Below, piece after piece: positions 26,963-36,193 of a stretch of DNA of 64,000 nucleotides. Made by a program: the position numbers and the translations under genes. The DNA comes from Myxococcota bacterium (GTDB taxonomy: Bacteria; Myxococcota_A; UBA9160; UBA4427). The notes below the pieces were generated by a model. It saw nothing but the letters and a program-made list of their open reading frames with translations, had not been told where the DNA came from and made no database searches. Position 1 is the stretch's first letter. Each line of letters begins with the position of its first letter. The DNA is taken from positions 5,095,966-5,159,965 of the forward strand of contig OZ252299.1 in assembly GCA_965250285.1 (NCBI GenBank), written 5' to 3'.

Positions 26963-27643
26963 TCAGCTCGAGATCGGTCGACCGGCGACGACCGACAGCG
27001 CGAGGCCCACCTGACCGGCGTAGTAGAGCGGCAGCCCCCAGAGACTGCTCGCGGGGGATGGGTCGACGAACTGGCGTCGCGCGACCGCGAGGTCGGAGAC
27101 GCAGAAGAGCGTCGCCCCCAGCGCGATCGCGATCCCGCCCGAGCCGGGCTCGAAGCCGACCGCGAAGCTCGCCCCCATCGCGAGCGACTCCATCACCGAG
27201 ATCACGACCACGTACGCGATCACGGGCCCGACCATGTCCGGCGGGAGATGGGGCCGGAGCCAGCGCCAGACCCAGAACGCCACCGGTACCAGGACGGCGA
27301 TCGCAACGCCGACGGGTCGGCCCGCGATGCCGAGCGCGAGGAACGCCGCCGCGTAGGCGACGTGGCCGAGCAGAAAGCTGCCGAGACCGGCGAGAAAGAA
27401 CCGGGGCTGGTCGCCGGCCAGCAGGAAGACGTCGCCGAAGAAGCTCAGCACGAGTCCCGCGAAGATCAGGGGCCCGTACGTGTGACCGGGCTCGAGCGCG
27501 CCCATCCACACGGCCAGGACGAGAAAACCCACGCTGGCCAAGGGCTTGAAGACGATGCTGCCGCCGCGCAGATCCCTCATCTCGCTGATCACCAGCCCGG
27601 CTACGAGGGCGGCGATCAAGCCGATCGCGATCAGCCCGGTCAT
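26963..27643 (-). CDS. YhhN-family (lysoplasmalogenase-like) membrane protein
   Basis: 226 aa from MTGLIAIG. It has about 8 hydrophobic helices with the FFGDVFLL and LGHVAYAAAF motifs typical of YhhN. Confidence 0.8.
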   Translation of the reverse strand: MTGLIAIGLIAALVAGLVISEMRDLRGGSIVFKPLASVGFLVLAVWMGALEPGHTYGPLIFAGLVLSFFGDVFLLAGDQPRFFLAGLGSFLLGHVAYAAAFLALGIAGRPVGVAIAVLVPVAFWVWRWLRPHLPPDMVGPVIAYVVVISVMESLAMGASFAVGFEPGSGGIAIALGATLFCVSDLAVARRQFVDPSPASSLWGLPLYYAGQVGLALSVVAGRPISS

Positions 27644-28048
27644 GATTCGGACGCACGCTCTTCGCGTTCGGCTCGCGTGGGCTCGAAGCCGGTGCATCGG
27701 GCGACCGGGAGCGGCGGGTAGCGCGGATACCGCTCGTCTTCGTCGGCCCGGGCGCAGCGGTGGAACGTGCTGCCCTTCGCGCTGCGGTGGACGAGGCGGT
27801 GTGTACACGCGTGGCAGAGGCCCACGGTGTGTCTTTCTTCAGCGTCGCTTTCGCCGGACGAGATCGCCGTTGCCTCCGGGGCGGGGTCGGGGGAGTCTAT
27901 CGCGGTCGCGGTGCGGCGCGGTCGCGCGCCCGGCGGATGGCCGTGACCCGAAGCCGCGACGGGGCTCGGCTGAATGAACGCCGCAGCGGCCCGAGATCGA
28001 ACGAGAGAAGTCGAGACGCAAGAGAAAAAGAAGGAGTCCACCTCCGGC

Positions 28049-28936
28049 ATGTCTGACGACGCGTCCCCGTTTCGCCGCCGCCTCGAGCGGATCGCCGAGC
28101 TCGCCGAACGAGCCCTCGGCGAGTGGCTCGGCGCAGCGCCCCCGGCCGAGCTCTTCGCGGCGCATCACGCCTTTCGCTGGGAGGCAGATCGCGGGGCGGG
28201 TCGGCTCGTGCCGATCGACCGGCCGGCGAAGTTCGATCTCGACGACCTGATCGGGGTCGACGCGGCCGTCGAACGCTTCGACCGCAATACGCGGCAGTTT
28301 CTGGCCGGGCTGCCGTGCAACGATGTCCTGCTCTACGGCGAGCGGGGCACGGGCAAGTCTTCGTCGGTGCGGGGGGTGCTGGCGCGGTACGGTGATCGCG
28401 GTCTGCGCGTCGTCGAGGTCGATCGGCGCGACCTCGTCCACCTGCCGAAGATCCTGCGGGCGCTGCGGGGCGGCGCCGACTATCGCTTCATCGTCTTCTG
28501 CGACGACCTGTCTTTCGGTCCGCGAGAAGCGGGCTACCGCGAGCTGAAGGCCGCGCTCGAGGGCAGCCTCGAGGCACCGGCGGGCAACATCTGCATCGTC
28601 GCGACGAGCAACCGCCGCCATCTCGTGCCCGAGACGATGGCCGAGAACCGCGAGGCCCGGGTCGACGCCGAGGGCGAGCTGCACCTCGGTGAGGCCCTCG
28701 AGGAGAAGCTCGCGCTGGCAGATCGATTCGGCCTGCGGCTCGGCTTCTTCAACTTCGATCAGACGACCTACCTCGAGATCGTCTCACACTACCTGGCCCA
28801 GGCGGGGTTCCCGACGCTCGACGACGAGGTGCGGCGCGACGCGCTGCGCTGGGCGCTCGAGCGCGGCAGTCGGTCGGGACGCACGGCCCGCCAGTTCGTG
28901 GATGACGTCGTGGGGCGTCGCGCGCTCGGCGACTGA
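28049..28936 (+). CDS. DUF815-type AAA ATP-binding protein
   Basis: Walker A GERGTGKSS, Walker B-like FIVFCDDLSF, then ATSNRRHL. An AAGGAG Shine-Dalgarno precedes ATG 28049. Confidence 0.75.
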   Translation: MSDDASPFRRRLERIAELAERALGEWLGAAPPAELFAAHHAFRWEADRGAGRLVPIDRPAKFDLDDLIGVDAAVERFDRNTRQFLAGLPCNDVLLYGERGTGKSSSVRGVLARYGDRGLRVVEVDRRDLVHLPKILRALRGGADYRFIVFCDDLSFGPREAGYRELKAALEGSLEAPAGNICIVATSNRRHLVPETMAENREARVDAEGELHLGEALEEKLALADRFGLRLGFFNFDQTTYLEIVSHYLAQAGFPTLDDEVRRDALRWALERGSRSGRTARQFVDDVVGRRALGD

Positions 28937-29022
28937 CGCGCCTGGCAGGTCCGACTCGGGCCGGGCCTTTCGGCGGCGCGGTTCGCGCGGCTTCGATGGC
29001 TTGGGCTGACTTCGGCCCGGGC

Positions 29023-30207
29023 TCAGATGACGTCGAGCTCGCGTCCGACCTTCTTGATGGCGGCGAGCGACTGGTCGAGGTGCTCGCGGTTGTGCGTCGC
29101 CATGTACGAGGTGCGAATCATCGCCTGCCCGGGCGGGACCGCGGGGGTCACGATCGGGTTCACGAACACGCCCTCCTCGAGCAGCCGCTTCGACATCGCG
29201 AAGGTCGTGATGTCGTCGCCCACGGCGATCGGGATCACCGGCGACTCAGACGGACCGGTGTCGAAACCGAGCGTCTGCAGCTCGCGCATCATGTAGTCGG
29301 TGGTCTCCCAGAGCCGCTTTCGCCGCTCGGGCTCGTTCTCGAGGATGTCGATGGCCTTGACCACCGCCGCAGCGGCCGACGGCGGCATCGCCGCCGAGAA
29401 GATCCCCGAGCGGGCGTGGTGCCGGATGTAGTCGATCACCGGGGCGCTGCCTGCGATGAAGCCGCCGACGGTGGCCAGCGACTTCGAGAAGGTGCCGCCG
29501 ATCAGGTCGACCTTCTCCTCGAGCCCGAAGTGCTCTGCGACGCCGCGACCGTGCGTGCCGAACACGCCGACGCCGTGCGCGTCGTCGACGAACACGCGGG
29601 CGCCGTAGTCGCGGGCGAGGCGCGTGATCTCGGGCAGGTTGGCGATGTCGCCTTCCATCGAGAAGACGCCGTCGACGACGATCAGCTTGCCCTTCTTGTC
29701 GTCGATGCGGGCGAGCTTGGCCTCGAGGTCGGCCATGTCGTTGTGGCGGTACTTCAGGGTCTTGCAGAAGCCCAGGCGCACGCCGTCGATGATCGAGGCG
29801 TGATCCATGTTGTCGAGCACGGCGACGTCGTGGCGGCCGAGCAGGCACGACAGCACGCCCAGGTTCACCTGGTAGCCGGTCGAGAACGTCAGCACGGCTT
29901 CGGCGTTCATGAAGCGCGAAAGGCGCTCTTCGAGCTCGACGTGCAGGTCGAGGGTGCCGTTTAAGAAACGCGAGCCGGCACAGCCGGTGCCGTATTTCCG
30001 CAACGCTTCGGCCGAAGCCTCCTTGACGGCTTCGTGGTTCGTCAGCCCGAGATAGTTGTTCGAGCCGAGCATGATCACCTTCTGCCCGTTGATCGTGACC
30101 ACCGGGTCCTGGGGCGAGGAGATCGTGCGGAAATACGGGTACAGCGACGCGGCCCGCAGCTCGCGGTGAAGCGTGTAGTCGGTGCACTTTTGCAGAATGT
30201 CGGCCAT
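29023..30207 (-). CDS. spt: Alpha-oxoamine synthase, serine palmitoyltransferase-like
   Basis: Contains GSNNYLGL, GSRFLNGT, FSTGY, DDAHGVG and GTFSKS (PLP Lys). The GTFSKS and GSRxLNGT variants match bacterial SPT rather than KBL or BioF. A GGAGGT Shine-Dalgarno is upstream. Confidence 0.8.
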   Translation of the reverse strand: MADILQKCTDYTLHRELRAASLYPYFRTISSPQDPVVTINGQKVIMLGSNNYLGLTNHEAVKEASAEALRKYGTGCAGSRFLNGTLDLHVELEERLSRFMNAEAVLTFSTGYQVNLGVLSCLLGRHDVAVLDNMDHASIIDGVRLGFCKTLKYRHNDMADLEAKLARIDDKKGKLIVVDGVFSMEGDIANLPEITRLARDYGARVFVDDAHGVGVFGTHGRGVAEHFGLEEKVDLIGGTFSKSLATVGGFIAGSAPVIDYIRHHARSGIFSAAMPPSAAAAVVKAIDILENEPERRKRLWETTDYMMRELQTLGFDTGPSESPVIPIAVGDDITTFAMSKRLLEEGVFVNPIVTPAVPPGQAMIRTSYMATHNREHLDQSLAAIKKVGRELDVI

Positions 30208-30733
30208 CTCGGGCTACCTCCAGGGACACGGTCCCCGTTCGTTCGCAGCACGCACTGCGCGCGGCTAACGACCGGTGGGTCGGGTCTCTCCGATCGGGAT
30301 CGCTGCGGCGTGCGAGTGATTGCGCGTGGGCATCTGGTCTCGAACCTCGAAGCCGCCTGGTCAGCGATCGATCTGTTGGGGGGAGCGCGTTGGGAGCGAG
30401 GGGGCTCCGCATGCGCGGCGAAGGTTACCCCAGCGAAAAGTGGACCGTCATCACAATTCAACCGGTGGATACCCCTCGGGGAATATCAGAACCGATTCGC
30501 AACAGATCGCGGATCGCGCCGACACCCGGCCTCTCGTCCCGCTGAGCTCGTCCTCAACTGGCGATTTCGGGCTTCGAGTCTGATTCTTTCAGTTTGCCCC
30601 CTGGCTCACCGCTACCGTTGCCACTGCCATGAGACTGCAAGCCCCGAAAGTCCGGCGGACGTGCGGATGCCAGCCCACCCCGGGTTACGCATCCCGCACG
30701 ACCGTATCGACGCGGCGACGACGAGAGAGTGAG

Positions 30734-31660
30734 ATGCCGGTGCGGCTCACCCTGCTTCTCATCGTGGTGTCGGTCGCGTGCGGCTTCAGCACCGCCGTGT
30801 GGGCCGAAGAAGCCGCAGGCGTTTCGACCAATTCGCGGGAGGCGTCCGAGTCGCCGTCCCCCGTTGCGGGCGACGTCGACGCCGCTTCGAGTGTGACGCC
30901 GGGCACACTTGCGATGTCGACGGACGAGCCCGACTGGGAAGACGACTGGGACGATTGGGACGACGAGCTCGATACCGTGCCCCAGGGCTACAGCGATCCC
31001 TTCGAGCCGGTCAATCGCGTAACGCTCTCGTTCAACAACGCGATCGACCGCCTCGTGCTCGACCCGGTGACGCGGCTCTACCGCTTCTCGCTGCCCGACT
31101 TCTCGCGTCAGGCGATCGTGCGCATCCTCAACAACGTCAACTCGCCGCAGGTGATGGTGAACGACGCGCTGCAGCTCGAGTGGCGGGACGCGGGGGTGAT
31201 CACCTCGCGGCTGCTGCTCAACTCGACCGCCGGCCTGGGCGGCATCTTCGACGTGGCCCAGCCCATGGGTCTCGAGCACCACGAATCGGATTTCGGTCAG
31301 ACCCTGACGCTCGCGGGTGTGCCGGCCGGGACCTATCTCGTGCTGCCGATGTTCGGCCCGGCCAACATGCGCGACACGATCGGGATCGGGGTCGACGCCC
31401 TGCTCCACCCCACCTTCTACCTGCTGCCCGGTACCGATCTGCTGCTCTTCGGGGGCTCGGCGGGCGTGGTGACGCGCGCGCGGCACTTCGAGGAGATCCA
31501 GGCGCTGAAGGAGAGCTCGGTCGACGTGTACTCGGCGCTGCGCAGCGGGTACTACCAGAACCGGCAGGCCGAGATCTGGAGCCGCCGCGAGGGGCGTCGC
31601 CCCCCCGAGCGCGAACCGGTCCGCGATCTCGACCCGACCTTCGACGAAGGCGACCTCTGA
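30734..31660 (+). CDS. mlaA: MlaA/VacJ-family outer-membrane lipoprotein
   Basis: Contains DPFEPVNR, NNVNSP, VNDALQ, NSTAGLGG and DFGQTL, conserved MlaA blocks. Has a signal peptide and an acidic DWEDDWDDWDDE insert. Confidence 0.85.
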   Translation: MPVRLTLLLIVVSVACGFSTAVWAEEAAGVSTNSREASESPSPVAGDVDAASSVTPGTLAMSTDEPDWEDDWDDWDDELDTVPQGYSDPFEPVNRVTLSFNNAIDRLVLDPVTRLYRFSLPDFSRQAIVRILNNVNSPQVMVNDALQLEWRDAGVITSRLLLNSTAGLGGIFDVAQPMGLEHHESDFGQTLTLAGVPAGTYLVLPMFGPANMRDTIGIGVDALLHPTFYLLPGTDLLLFGGSAGVVTRARHFEEIQALKESSVDVYSALRSGYYQNRQAEIWSRREGRRPPEREPVRDLDPTFDEGDL

Positions 31661-31696
31661 GGGAGCGGCGGCGCGAGCCCGTCGCCGGCGACCCGC

Positions 31697-32377
31697 TCAG
31701 CCGTCGTTCCCGTCTTCGCGCAGATCCGAGATCTTCTTGTCGATCGCCGTCGCCAGCTTCTCGAAGCCGTCGCGCTTGAGGGTCGACGAGTACTCCGAGC
31801 GTCGCAGGGCGAGCTCGCTGACCGTGCCCTTCAGGTAGACGTCGATGATGCGCCAGCCGTCCCGGGTCTGGCGCAGCCGGTAGCTCAGGTCGACGTCTTC
31901 GTCCCCGGGCACGGTCACCCGGGTCAGCACCATCACGGTGTCGCGGGCGGCAGGCTCGTTGCCGAGGGTCTCGAAGGCCTCGCCCGAGTAGCCGGTGAAG
32001 CGCCCGGCGTAGTTGCTGACGGTGAGCTGCTCGAACTTCTCGCGCCACGCTTTCTGCTGCTCGGCGGAGAGCTGCTTCCACTGGCGGCCGACCGACTTCG
32101 ACGACATGAAGTCGAGATCGAACGCGTTGTCCATGCGCGGCGCGAGATACTCGACGCGCTCGTCGAAGCTCAGGTCGCCCGAGCCCTTCATCATGTCCAT
32201 CAGCGCGCCGTGAAAGGTCTCGACGACTTCGGTCGGCGTCGGCGCTGCGCTGGCCGTGGGCTCGCCTTCGGCACGCACCGGGAGGGCGGCGAAGAAGATC
32301 ATCGTCGCGCAAGCGATCGCGCGCACGGTGCTCGACCGGGTCGATCGAATTCGGGAGATGAAGGAAGGGACACGCAT
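31697..32377 (-). CDS. mlaC: MlaC/Ttg2D-family periplasmic lipid-binding protein
   Basis: 226 aa from MRVPSFIS with a signal peptide. Contains FDLDFMSSKSVGRQW, YAGRFTGYSGE and WRIIDVYLKGTVSELALRRSEY, typical of MlaC. Confidence 0.75.
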   Translation of the reverse strand: MRVPSFISRIRSTRSSTVRAIACATMIFFAALPVRAEGEPTASAAPTPTEVVETFHGALMDMMKGSGDLSFDERVEYLAPRMDNAFDLDFMSSKSVGRQWKQLSAEQQKAWREKFEQLTVSNYAGRFTGYSGEAFETLGNEPAARDTVMVLTRVTVPGDEDVDLSYRLRQTRDGWRIIDVYLKGTVSELALRRSEYSSTLKRDGFEKLATAIDKKISDLREDGNDG

Positions 32378-32633
32378 CGTGATCGGTCTCTCGAGGGGGG
32401 GCGAGGTCCTGAGAAGCAGCTCATCGCAGCGGCTTGAATTCGCCGGCACGACGCGGCAAGCAGCCGCAAGACTAGCGAAGCGGAACGTCCACTCGGCTGC
32501 ATCGCGGCGTGGCATTTGGGAGTCCGCGATCCACCGTTCCGTTCCACACCGCCTCAGGGCGTCCAGACGGGAGCCTGGGCGGGGGCGTGGGCGGATGTAG
32601 AGGCGTGCGCGCAGGCGTACGCAGAGGCGGGAG

Positions 32634-32679
32634 CGTGCGGTTACTCGCCCAGGGCGCGTGCGGTTACTCGCCCAGGGCG
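32634..32679. repeat. Perfect 23-bp tandem duplication containing the stop codon of the adjacent hydrolase gene
   Basis: CGTGCGGTTACTCGCCCAGGGCG occurs at 32634-32656 and again at 32657-32679. The second copy carries the real TAA (32666-32664, minus strand) and the last 5 codons. Confidence 0.9.
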
Positions 32680-33539
32680 AATGCCGAGAGCGCCTCGGCA
32701 AAGCCCTCGGGATTGTCGGTCATGACCGAGTGTCCCGCCTGGGCCACCACGGCGAGCTTGCCCCGCCTGGTCGCTTCGTCCGCCATGCGATCGGCCGTGT
32801 CGGCGCTCACGATGTCGCTCGCTGCACCGCGCACGACGAGCACGGGACATTCGAGCGCCTCGAGCCCCTTCCACATCGCCTCGGCGCGCTCGGCCTCCAT
32901 CGCCGCGAGCGTCTCGGCGTCGGGCCCTTCGCCGTCGCCACCGACGGTCCGACGCAGGTTCGTATCCATCTTCAGCTGCCAGCGGCCGTCCTCGCCCTGC
33001 CGCAGCTGATGCTTCGCCATGCGCTGGATCGCTTCGGGCGTCGCGGCCGGGTAGGCGTGCGCCAGCATCGTCTCGTACTGCGACACGCGATCGAAGACCG
33101 GCGTCACGTTCTGGGCCGTATCCATCGAGATTCGGACAGCGCCTCGGCGGTCGATCTCGGGTGCGGAGTCGACGATCACCAGACCGGCGATGCGTTCGGC
33201 CGCTTCGCCGGCGAGCAGCATCGACACCCGGCCCCCCAGCGAGTGCGCGACGATGACGACGCGCTCGATCCCGAGCTGATCGAGCATCGATTGCACGTCG
33301 CCGACCATGTCGGCGTAGTCGTACTTGCCCTCGGGGTGCCAGTCGCTGTCGCCGTGTCCCCTCAGGTCCATCGCGAGCACGCGGTAGTAGGGGGCGAGCA
33401 GCGGGGCGACGTCATCCCAGATGTGGGCCTCGTTCGAGAAGCCGTGGATGAAGAGCAGCGCCGTGCCCTCGGCGCTCCATTCGAGCACGTTGAGGGTCAG
33501 GCCGGAGTCGACGGGCACACGCAGGGACTTGGGTTCCAT
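32664..33539 (-). CDS. Alpha/beta-fold hydrolase
   Basis: Contains LLFIHGFSNEAHIWDDVAPLL, DLRGHGDSD, nucleophile elbow AHSLGG and a C-terminal AGHSV. Confidence 0.85.
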   Translation of the reverse strand: MEPKSLRVPVDSGLTLNVLEWSAEGTALLFIHGFSNEAHIWDDVAPLLAPYYRVLAMDLRGHGDSDWHPEGKYDYADMVGDVQSMLDQLGIERVVIVAHSLGGRVSMLLAGEAAERIAGLVIVDSAPEIDRRGAVRISMDTAQNVTPVFDRVSQYETMLAHAYPAATPEAIQRMAKHQLRQGEDGRWQLKMDTNLRRTVGGDGEGPDAETLAAMEAERAEAMWKGLEALECPVLVVRGAASDIVSADTADRMADEATRRGKLAVVAQAGHSVMTDNPEGFAEALSAFALGE

Positions 33540-33722
33540 GCCGCGAGTCTAACGCGGCCCGGGCGCCGCGAGCGGGTCGACGCGCGCGCTTCGCTGCGAC
33601 TGGAAAATGCTGCTGATCCGGGACGTTGAGCGCAATCAAGGTCGAAGGTTGAATGGCTCTTCAATCAGGATCGGCGCTCGGCTGTGCGCTAGGTTGGGCT
33701 CCCCCGCGAACCGGAGACAGCC

Positions 33723-35990
33723 ATGCCTGCCATCGAAACCACCCCCGAGCTCGCTGCCCAGACCTACGACCGCATGAAGGAGCGGCTCGCGATCGTACGC
33801 GAGCGCCTCGATCGACCGCTGACCTACGCCGAGAAGGTGCTGCTCGGGCACCTCGACGACCCCAAGGGCCAGGAGCTCGACCCCGGGGAGAGCTACCTGC
33901 TGCTGCGCCCCGATCGCATCGCGATGCAGGACGCGACGGCGCAGATGGCGCTGCTCCAGTTCATGCAGGCGGGCAAGGATGAGACGGCGGTGCCGACCAC
34001 GGTGCACTGCGACCATCTGATTCAGGCTTACAAGGGCAGCCTCGTCGACCTGGCCGAGGCCCGGAACAGCAACGCCGAGGTCTACGCCTTCCTGCGCAGC
34101 TGCTCGGCGCGCTACGGCATCGGCTTCTGGGGACCGGGCGCCGGCATCATCCATCAGGTGGTGCTCGAGAAGTACGCCTACCCCGGCGGCATGATGCTCG
34201 GCACCGACTCGCACACGCCGAACGCCGGCGGCCTCGGCATGTTCGCCTGTGGTGTGGGCGGCGCCGACGCGGTCGACGTGATGGCGGGCTTTCCGTGGGA
34301 GGTGCTCTACCCGAACAAGGTCGGCGTGCTGCTGACCGGCGAGCTCGGCGGCTGGTCGTCGCCGAAGGACGTGATCCTGAAGGTGCTCGACGAGCTGACC
34401 GTGAAGGGCGGCACCAACCGGGTGGTCGAGTACTTCGGCCCGGGTGCCGAGTCGATCAGCTGCACCGGCAAGGGCACGATCACGAACATGGGCGCCGAGC
34501 TCGGCGCCACGACGTCGATCTTCCCCTACGACGCGCGCATGCGGACGTACCTCGATGCGACCGAGCGCAGCGCGCTGGCCGACGTCGCCGACGCGAATCG
34601 CGAGCTGCTCTCGCAGGATCCCGAGATCGCGGCCGATCCCGGCAAGTACTTCGACGTGCTCGTCGAGATCGATCTGTCGAAGCTCGAGCCGCACATCGTG
34701 GGGCCGCACACGCCCGATCTCGCGCGCCCCGTCTCGATGATGGGCTCGGACGCGAAGTCGAACGACTATCCGATGGATCTGACCAGCGCGCTGATCGGCT
34801 CGTGCACGAACAGCTCGTACGAAGACATGAGCCGCGCGGCCGACGTCGCACGCCAGGCCAAGGCGGCGGGCATCGAGCCGAAGATTCCGCTGATGGTGAC
34901 GCCCGGCAGCGAGCAGGTGAACCAGACCATCGAGCGCGACGGCCAGATGGCCGATCTCGAGGCGATCGGCGCGACGGTCCTCGCCAACGCCTGCGGGCCG
35001 TGCATCGGCCAGTGGAAGCGCGATGACATCGAGAAGGGCACCCGCAACTCGATCATCAACTCGTACAACCGCAACTTCCCGAAGCGCGCCGACGGCAACC
35101 CCGAGACGTACTCGTTCATCGGGAGCCCCGAGGTCGTCGTGGCGTACGCGCTCGCCGGATCGCTCGACTTCGATCCGATCCACGACAACGTGCCCGGCAC
35201 CGATGTGAAGCTCGACCCGCCCGGCGAGGCGCCCGAGATCCCCGCCGACGGCTTCGTCATCAGCTACGAGGGCTACGAGGGCCCGCCGGCCGATCGCACG
35301 GGCGTGACCGTCGATGTGAAGGACGACAGCGAGCGGCTGCAGCTGCTCACGCCGTTCAGTGAGTGGAACGGCCAGGACTACGTGAAGCTGCCCCTTCTGC
35401 TCAAGGCTCAGGGCAAGTGCACGACCGACCACATCTCGATGGCCGGCCCGTGGCTCCGCTTTCGGGGCCACCTCGACAACATCAGCGACAACATGTTCAT
35501 CGGCGCGATCAACGCGTTCACCGGCGATGCGGGCGAGGGGCTCGATCAGCTCTCGGGCGAGAAGGGCGTGTCCTTCCCGAAGATCGCGCGCCACTACAAG
35601 AGCGAGGGGCTGCGCTGGGTGGTCGTCGGCGACGAGAACTACGGCGAGGGATCGAGTCGCGAGCACGCGGCGATGAGCCCGCGGCACCTCGGCGCGGCGG
35701 CGGTGATCGTGCGGAGCTTCGCGCGCATCCACGAGTCGAACCTGAAGAAGCAGGGCGTTCTGCCGCTCACGTTCGACGACCCGGCCGACTACGACAAGGT
35801 GCAGGAGACCGACAAGATCTCGATCGTCGGCCTCGCGAGCCTGAAGCCCGACGTGCCGCTGCAGGTGACCCTCGATCACGCCGATGGCAGCGAGGACACG
35901 ATCACCGTGAATCACACGCTCAACGATGAGCAGATCGAGTGGTTCAAGGCGGGGTCGGCGCTGAACCTGCTGCGCGCGCAGGCCGGCTGA
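33723..35990 (+). CDS. Aconitate hydratase (755-aa, mitochondrial-type length)
   Basis: Contains HCDHLI, GTDSHTPNAGGLG, IGSCTNSSYEDM, NACGPCIGQW and GDENYGEGSSREHAA, the aconitase Fe-S ligand and swivel-domain motifs. Confidence 0.95.
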   Translation: MPAIETTPELAAQTYDRMKERLAIVRERLDRPLTYAEKVLLGHLDDPKGQELDPGESYLLLRPDRIAMQDATAQMALLQFMQAGKDETAVPTTVHCDHLIQAYKGSLVDLAEARNSNAEVYAFLRSCSARYGIGFWGPGAGIIHQVVLEKYAYPGGMMLGTDSHTPNAGGLGMFACGVGGADAVDVMAGFPWEVLYPNKVGVLLTGELGGWSSPKDVILKVLDELTVKGGTNRVVEYFGPGAESISCTGKGTITNMGAELGATTSIFPYDARMRTYLDATERSALADVADANRELLSQDPEIAADPGKYFDVLVEIDLSKLEPHIVGPHTPDLARPVSMMGSDAKSNDYPMDLTSALIGSCTNSSYEDMSRAADVARQAKAAGIEPKIPLMVTPGSEQVNQTIERDGQMADLEAIGATVLANACGPCIGQWKRDDIEKGTRNSIINSYNRNFPKRADGNPETYSFIGSPEVVVAYALAGSLDFDPIHDNVPGTDVKLDPPGEAPEIPADGFVISYEGYEGPPADRTGVTVDVKDDSERLQLLTPFSEWNGQDYVKLPLLLKAQGKCTTDHISMAGPWLRFRGHLDNISDNMFIGAINAFTGDAGEGLDQLSGEKGVSFPKIARHYKSEGLRWVVVGDENYGEGSSREHAAMSPRHLGAAAVIVRSFARIHESNLKKQGVLPLTFDDPADYDKVQETDKISIVGLASLKPDVPLQVTLDHADGSEDTITVNHTLNDEQIEWFKAGSALNLLRAQAG

Positions 35991-36193
35991 AGCCGCCTGC
36001 GATCGTGCGATGCTCGGCGTCCAGGCGTCGGCGCACTCGAGCGAGCGAGCCGATCTGCCCTCGAACGGGTCGAAACGGTGACAGGGCGATGCACCCCCTT
36101 GCTGCCGCCGCGAGGCGGCGCATGCTTGAGATGATTCGTCCTTCCGACCATCAGACCGGCGCGCTTCTCACGCGTGCGTGATTTGGGGGGCCC

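Noticed and set aside
26565-27656. 363-aa minus-strand ORF with a striking repeated peptide (RATRSAAGPKKSR...)
   Set aside because: The peptide repeat is just the translation of the 39-bp intergenic DNA array. The rest of the ORF overlaps the well-supported YhhN gene in another frame.
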